Source: Cylindrospermopsis raciborskii Cr2010
Lineage (GTDB): Bacteria > Cyanobacteriota > Cyanobacteriia > Cyanobacteriales > Nostocaceae
Assembly: GCF_003367075.2 (NCBI RefSeq)
Contig: NZ_CP065936.1
Location: 3,420,001-3,452,000 of the forward strand
DNA length: 32,000 nucleotides
Reading direction: 5' to 3'
Positions 27,123 to 32,000 of this stretch are shown here, piece after piece. Positions within the stretch are counted from its first letter, which is position 1. Each line of letters starts with the position of its first letter. The position numbers were made by a program, and so were the translations under genes. The notes below the pieces were generated by a model, which had not been told where the DNA came from, did not search any database, and saw only the letters and a program-made list of their open reading frames with translations.

Positions 27123-28739
27123 TTATATTTCCGAAAAATCGATGCCTAATTCTTCAGGGGTAATACATTTTCCATCAAAGAAGGCCATAATATCATTGAT
27201 TCCGGGATTAGCACGGGTGGTGGAGAGTCCCTTGGTAATGACTAATCCACAATGGCCACCATTTAGGCGACATGCTCTGTTCCATCTTTTTCGGGATGCA
27301 ATATAACTTTCATCGTCGCGTGAAAATTCCGTAATTAAGAACAGGTCCTCATTTTGTGTTTGGAGGATACTCAAGTCAAATTTTTTTCCATCTTGGTGAC
27401 TATCTACAGTAATAAAGCAAATCCCTGTAATATCCCCTGCATCGCGAATATTTTTAATGATAGTGTTTGCTTTTGCACGAGAAGTTTGTACTAAGACAAC
27501 AGGTATCGTGTCACATTTAGTCTTAATTTGGTGACCTCCTAAATGTCTAATGGTAGGAGGTAGGGAAGTTAAGCTGTTCCAGGTTATGGTTCCGATAGAC
27601 AGTAAACAACCGTTCGGTATTAAGTCATCCCGCAATTGATCTATCTGCTCGAAATCACCTTCCACTAAATTGGCATCTTCAATCCCATGTAACTGTGAAT
27701 ATATTTCTGGCATAGTACAAATATTGACAGATACATTTTGATTGCCTTGATCACAATCAGGTACAGAAATGCGATAGCGTCGGGTAATTACTGGGAAATC
27801 CTTTTGGGACAGGGGACGTTTATGGTCACGCAGAAAACGGATGACGCTTTCGAGTGCAACATACATAATCTGCGCTTCTTCTTCGTATAGAATGGGGCTT
27901 AATCCTTCCAGAGGATGGATGGTGCCAAAATTGGGCTCAATTTCTGAGGATGGTAAATACCCTATATCTATATCATCTTCATCTTCTGTGTCCAAGTCTT
28001 CATCATCCTCATCTATGGAATCAAAAGTAAGAAATAGGCAATCCTGCTGGAGAAAAGCCGATTCCAAAGAATCGTCCTCAGATTCTTCATAGGACTGGTA
28101 AAAATCTGTCCAGAATCTTGTCAGAGATTCCGCAGAACGGTAGAACAATAAAGTATAATTAGCACCTCCCATAATTGAGACATAGAGTTTTTCTATATCC
28201 CATTTATTAATTTCTATGGAAATAATCTTATTTGGATGAACGAATTCCCATGGGGCCATTTCCCAAATTTTGTAAGCCTTCTTTGTAAGGTCTTCTGCGT
28301 ATTTTGGGGGTAAAGGGGGCACATAACTTTCCATCGCTTCGCCAAAGGACTGGAAAATTTGATCAATCAGTGGTAGTTCCGGTGAATAATCAACTGTAAT
28401 GTCCAAATCCTGTAAAATCCCCCGCAGGTAAAATTGAACTTCTCTGTCCCGTACGAGGATTTTTTGCGGTCTGGCACGTTTATCTCCACCTTGCGGATGT
28501 TCCATCGCCTGTATTAGAGTACGTACCATGGCTTCCCTTCCTTGTACTGAGCCTATTACCTCCATACTTCTAATCACTCCCTCCGAACCATCCACCCAGA
28601 GAATGCACTCCCCAGCTGGTAATTCAAATTCTTCACTGACCACTGGTGACAAAAGTGTACGGCGATCTCCTTCCCATACACAGGGTACTTGGGTCAACTT
28701 CTTTAATCTACGAATAGTGGATGGACTAAAACCGGTCAT
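27123..28739 (-). CDS. large hypothetical protein with internal poly-acidic tract
   Basis: 538-aa uninterrupted ORF with an ATG start. Residues 240-259 (nt 27963-28022) contain 14 D/E in 20. I recognised no catalytic motif. Confidence 0.8.
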   Translation of the reverse strand: MTGFSPSTIRRLKKLTQVPCVWEGDRRTLLSPVVSEEFELPAGECILWVDGSEGVIRSMEVIGSVQGREAMVRTLIQAMEHPQGGDKRARPQKILVRDREVQFYLRGILQDLDITVDYSPELPLIDQIFQSFGEAMESYVPPLPPKYAEDLTKKAYKIWEMAPWEFVHPNKIISIEINKWDIEKLYVSIMGGANYTLLFYRSAESLTRFWTDFYQSYEESEDDSLESAFLQQDCLFLTFDSIDEDDEDLDTEDEDDIDIGYLPSSEIEPNFGTIHPLEGLSPILYEEEAQIMYVALESVIRFLRDHKRPLSQKDFPVITRRYRISVPDCDQGNQNVSVNICTMPEIYSQLHGIEDANLVEGDFEQIDQLRDDLIPNGCLLSIGTITWNSLTSLPPTIRHLGGHQIKTKCDTIPVVLVQTSRAKANTIIKNIRDAGDITGICFITVDSHQDGKKFDLSILQTQNEDLFLITEFSRDDESYIASRKRWNRACRLNGGHCGLVITKGLSTTRANPGINDIMAFFDGKCITPEELGIDFSEI

Positions 28740-28987
28740 AAAATTATTTCAGTATTAGCTTAGTGAGTTTAAATATGTTAGGTTTAAATGAGTTTTAGCT
28801 TGTTCCCGTAAGTGGCAAAACATGAAAAAAATTTGTCTGAATAGACCTAACAACTTTATTTTAGAATAAAAATTCTTAGATGCAGTGCTTGCTATAGCTT
28901 CGCAAATTTTTGACCTCAATTCAAGTTACAATTTGTAAATAAAGGAAACTGATAACTGGGTCTAAGCAATAAAGGAATTTTTTGGGA

Positions 28988-30433
28988 ATGCGTGTTGTAA
29001 TTGTAGGAGCAGGATTGGCTGGATTAGCTACTGCTGTAGATTTAGCTGATGCGGGTTGGGAGGTGGAAATTTTTGAAGCTCGCCCGTTTGTCGGTGGTAA
29101 GGTCAGCAGTTGGGTGGATGCTGATGGCAATCACATAGAAATGGGACTGCATGTGTTTTTTGGATGCTACTACAATCTATTTGAGCTGATGGCAAAGGTG
29201 GGAGCAGGCAATAATTTACGTCTCAAGGAACATACTCACGTATTTGTCAATAAGGGTGGAAATACGGGAGCTTTGGACTTTCGATTTATTACTGGTGCGC
29301 CTTTTAATGGATTAAAGGCATTTTTTACCACTTCCCAACTTTCATTACAAGATAAGTTACAAAATGCTCTTGCTCTGGGCACTAGTCCTATCGTTCGAGG
29401 TCTAATTGACTTTGAAGGAGCTATGAAGGATATCCGCAATCTGGATAAGATTAGCTTTTCTGAGTGGTTTTACAGTCATGGAGGGAGTAAAGGGAGCATC
29501 AAACGGATGTGGAATCCTATTGCTTATGCTTTGGGTTTTATCGATTGTGACCATATTTCTGCCCGTTGCATGTTGACAATTTTCCAGTTCTTTGCAGCTA
29601 AAACCGAAGCCTCTATTCTACGCATGCTGGAAGGTTCACCTCAAGAATATTTACATCAACCTATTGTTAATTATTTGACGGATAGGGGAACCAAAATTCA
29701 CACCCGTCGTCAAGTGCGAGAAATTAAATTTACCGAGTCTGACTCCCAAGCTGAGGTTACGGGTATATTGGTCGCTCAGGGTGAGCAGGAAGAACTAATC
29801 ACAGCAGATGCTTATGTTTTTGCTTGTGATGTGCCAGGAATTCAGCGCGTACTTCCCCCATCCTGGCGCAAGTGGTCAGAATTTGACAATATTTACAAAT
29901 TAGACGCAGTACCCGTTGCTACTGTGCAACTCCGGTTCGATGGATGGGTCACAGAACTACAAGACTCTCAAAAACGTCACCAGCTCCATCAAGCTGTCGG
30001 TATAGATAATTTATTATATACCGCTGATGCTGACTTCTCCTGTTTTGCTGATTTGGCCCTAACCAGTCCCGCAGATTATTATCGCCCCGGACAAGGTTCC
30101 CTCATGCAGCTGGTTCTCACACCTGGTGATCCCTTCATTAAACAAAGCAATGAGGCGATCGCTCACCATGTACTCAAGCAAGTTCATGAGTTGTTTCCTT
30201 CTTCTAGGGAGTTAAACATGACCTGGTACAGTGTAGTTAAGTTGGCCCAATCTCTCTACAGAGAAGCACCAGGGATGGATCCATACCGTCCGGATCAGAA
30301 AACACCTGTGGGCAATTTTTTCCTAGCTGGTAGTTATACGCAACAAGACTATATTGATAGTATGGAGGGGGCGACTATTTCCGGTAAACGAGCAGCTAAG
30401 GCAATTTTAGCATCTGGGCAGTCTAAAATTTAA
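28988..30433 (+). CDS. pds: 15-cis-phytoene desaturase
   Basis: FAD-binding N-terminus [24 protein letters not shown] and C-terminal [23 protein letters not shown] prefer ATG 28988 over TTG 28982. Confidence 0.93.
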   Translation: MRVVIVGAGLAGLATAVDLADAGWEVEIFEARPFVGGKVSSWVDADGNHIEMGLHVFFGCYYNLFELMAKVGAGNNLRLKEHTHVFVNKGGNTGALDFRFITGAPFNGLKAFFTTSQLSLQDKLQNALALGTSPIVRGLIDFEGAMKDIRNLDKISFSEWFYSHGGSKGSIKRMWNPIAYALGFIDCDHISARCMLTIFQFFAAKTEASILRMLEGSPQEYLHQPIVNYLTDRGTKIHTRRQVREIKFTESDSQAEVTGILVAQGEQEELITADAYVFACDVPGIQRVLPPSWRKWSEFDNIYKLDAVPVATVQLRFDGWVTELQDSQKRHQLHQAVGIDNLLYTADADFSCFADLALTSPADYYRPGQGSLMQLVLTPGDPFIKQSNEAIAHHVLKQVHELFPSSRELNMTWYSVVKLAQSLYREAPGMDPYRPDQKTPVGNFFLAGSYTQQDYIDSMEGATISGKRAAKAILASGQSKI

Positions 30434-30464
30434 GATGTAAAGTCTCAAACAAAACTCAAATCCC

Positions 30465-30920
30465 ATGGCTGACTGGTTAGAGCATAGTGTACAGATAGAA
30501 GTTCCAGTTCCCATAGAACTAGTATGGGAATTGTGGTCTGATTTACAACAAATGCCCAAATGGATGAAATGGATTGATTCGGTGAATATCTCCACCGATG
30601 ACCCCACCATCTCCCTTTGGAAACTGAGCACGGGCGGTCTGGAATTCACCTGGAAATCCCGCATCCTCCGAATTACCTCCCAGCAAATTATTCAGTGGGA
30701 ATCGGTTGATGGCCTACCAAATCAGGGAGCTATTCGCTTTTATGACCGCCATCAAGAGGGTAGTATTGTCAAGATGACGGTCGCCTACGCTATACCAGGA
30801 ATCCTTGGTAAGTTGATGGACAATTTGTTTTTAGGTCGGGTGGTGGAATCAACACTCCAAGCAGACTTAGAAAGATTCAAACAGTATGCCGTTGATTTAC
30901 AACCAGACACAACTAGATAA
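30465..30920 (+). CDS. SRPBCC (START/polyketide cyclase-dehydrase) superfamily protein
   Basis: 151-aa ORF with IEVPVPIELVWELWSDLQQMPKWM and FTWKSRI..QWESVDGLPNQGAIRF, typical of the cyclase/dehydrase fold. Confidence 0.75.
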   Translation: MADWLEHSVQIEVPVPIELVWELWSDLQQMPKWMKWIDSVNISTDDPTISLWKLSTGGLEFTWKSRILRITSQQIIQWESVDGLPNQGAIRFYDRHQEGSIVKMTVAYAIPGILGKLMDNLFLGRVVESTLQADLERFKQYAVDLQPDTTR

Positions 30921-30949
30921 TTGACCATATCCCCTTTGATGGCAAATCG

Positions 30950-31660
30950 TTATAGAGAAACGGCCAGTTCCTTGACAGGACGTTTGCTATGACGAATATT
31001 TTCAATGGCTTGAGCATAGTCAGGAGCATTAAATACAGCTGAACCTGCTACAATGGCATTAGCTCCAGCTTCTAATACCTGCCAAGTATTATTAGCTTTT
31101 AAACCACCATCAACCTCAATCCAAGGATCCAAACCCTTTTCATCACACATCTGACGCAATTGACGAATTTTGGGCACCACGCTAGGAATAAAACTTTGTC
31201 CACCAAAACCAGGGTTAACACTCATGATCAGCACTAAATCACACAGTTCTAGTACATACTCGATTAGTTGTAAAGGTGTCCCAGGATTGAGCACAACCCC
31301 GGCTTGTTTACCTAGCTCCTTGATTTGTCCTAAAGTCCGATGCAGATGAGGTGAAGCATTATGCTCAGCATGGACGGAAATAATATCCGCACCAGCTTTA
31401 GCAAAGCCTTCTACATATTTTTCTGGTTCCACAATCATCAAGTGGACATCCAGGGGTTTGGTTGTAACTGGACGAATCGCCTCCACAACCAGAGGACCAA
31501 TGGTAATATTGGGAACAAAACGTCCATCCATTACATCAACGTGAATCCAATCTGCTCCTGCTGCATCTACCGCACGAATGTCTTCGCCTAAACGACTAAA
31601 GTTTGCTGATAGGATGGATGGAGCAATAACTATGGGCTTTTGAGATCGGTTTTGAGTCAT
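30950..31660 (-). CDS. rpe: ribulose-phosphate 3-epimerase
   Basis: [21 protein letters not shown] and [13 protein letters not shown] prefer ATG 31660 ([11 protein letters not shown]) over the longer ORF-track start at 31717. Confidence 0.9.
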   Translation of the reverse strand: MTQNRSQKPIVIAPSILSANFSRLGEDIRAVDAAGADWIHVDVMDGRFVPNITIGPLVVEAIRPVTTKPLDVHLMIVEPEKYVEGFAKAGADIISVHAEHNASPHLHRTLGQIKELGKQAGVVLNPGTPLQLIEYVLELCDLVLIMSVNPGFGGQSFIPSVVPKIRQLRQMCDEKGLDPWIEVDGGLKANNTWQVLEAGANAIVAGSAVFNAPDYAQAIENIRHSKRPVKELAVSL

Positions 31661-31823
31661 GGCTAGTGGGTTTTTTATCGTCTTCGTCTGTAAGTATGGT
31701 AACAGAATATGGTGCAATTCCTTTCAATTACAAATTGGGAATTTTTTCCTTGGCGAAAAGTAGAACTTCTTCATTCCTACTGTAGTGTGTAAGTGTGAAC
31801 ACGATTATGGGTTATTGAAAGCT

Positions 31824-32000
31824 ATGAAGAAAACTTTGATTGTATGCGTGTTGGGTATTTACTCACTAGGTATACCAGCACTTGCATCTTTCCAATCTAG
31901 CAGTTTTCTGGGAACTAATGGTATTAATGCTCTGATTTTACACCAACCACCCTATAAATTAACCGGTCGTAAAATTGCCCTGGGTCAGGTAGAAATCGGC
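31824..32000 (+). CDS. exported protein, N-terminal 59 codons (continues past the window end)
   Basis: ATG 31824 opens MKKTLIVCVLGIYSLGIPALASFQ..., a signal-peptide-like N-terminus, and the frame stays open to the window edge. The family is not determinable from this fragment. Confidence 0.45.
   Translation, partial: MKKTLIVCVLGIYSLGIPALASFQSSSFLGTNGINALILHQPPYKLTGRKIALGQVEIG

Overview
This is a cyanobacterial chromosomal window, probably from a filamentous Nostocales-type genome. The evidence is at least 15 perfect HIP1 octamers (GCGATCGC) and cyanobacteria-typical genes (pds, ycf51-like, DUF29, Mo-nitrogenase-C family). Most of it is dense housekeeping coding sequence: dxs (partial), rpiA, an aldo/keto reductase, a CNNM/CBS membrane protein, mfd, an active/inactive M16 peptidase pair, malic enzyme, an SDR, an aminotransferase, an Fe-ADH-like dehydrogenase, an O-antigen ligase, a TIGR01777 epimerase, an IscA-type Fe-S protein, phytoene desaturase and rpe. 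I found no rRNA, tRNA, CRISPR array, transposase or integrase. The best candidate for something new is a 2.6-kb accessory slot (7806-10403) between mfd and the M16 peptidase operon. It is bracketed by two copies of one hairpin repeat. It holds a MazEF-type toxin-antitoxin pair followed by a tightly coupled DUF29 plus PD-(D/E)XK nuclease-fold gene pair with its own promoter-like sequence; that pair may be an uncharacterised addiction or defence module. Secondary candidates are a 538-aa unassignable protein with a strongly acidic tract next to an orphan ribbon-helix-helix gene and nested palindromes, a Mo-nitrogenase-C-family protein coupled to a creatininase-family hydrolase, and a peptidoglycan-binding-only protein followed by a holin-family membrane protein. 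All family assignments come from motif recognition by eye; no database searches were run.
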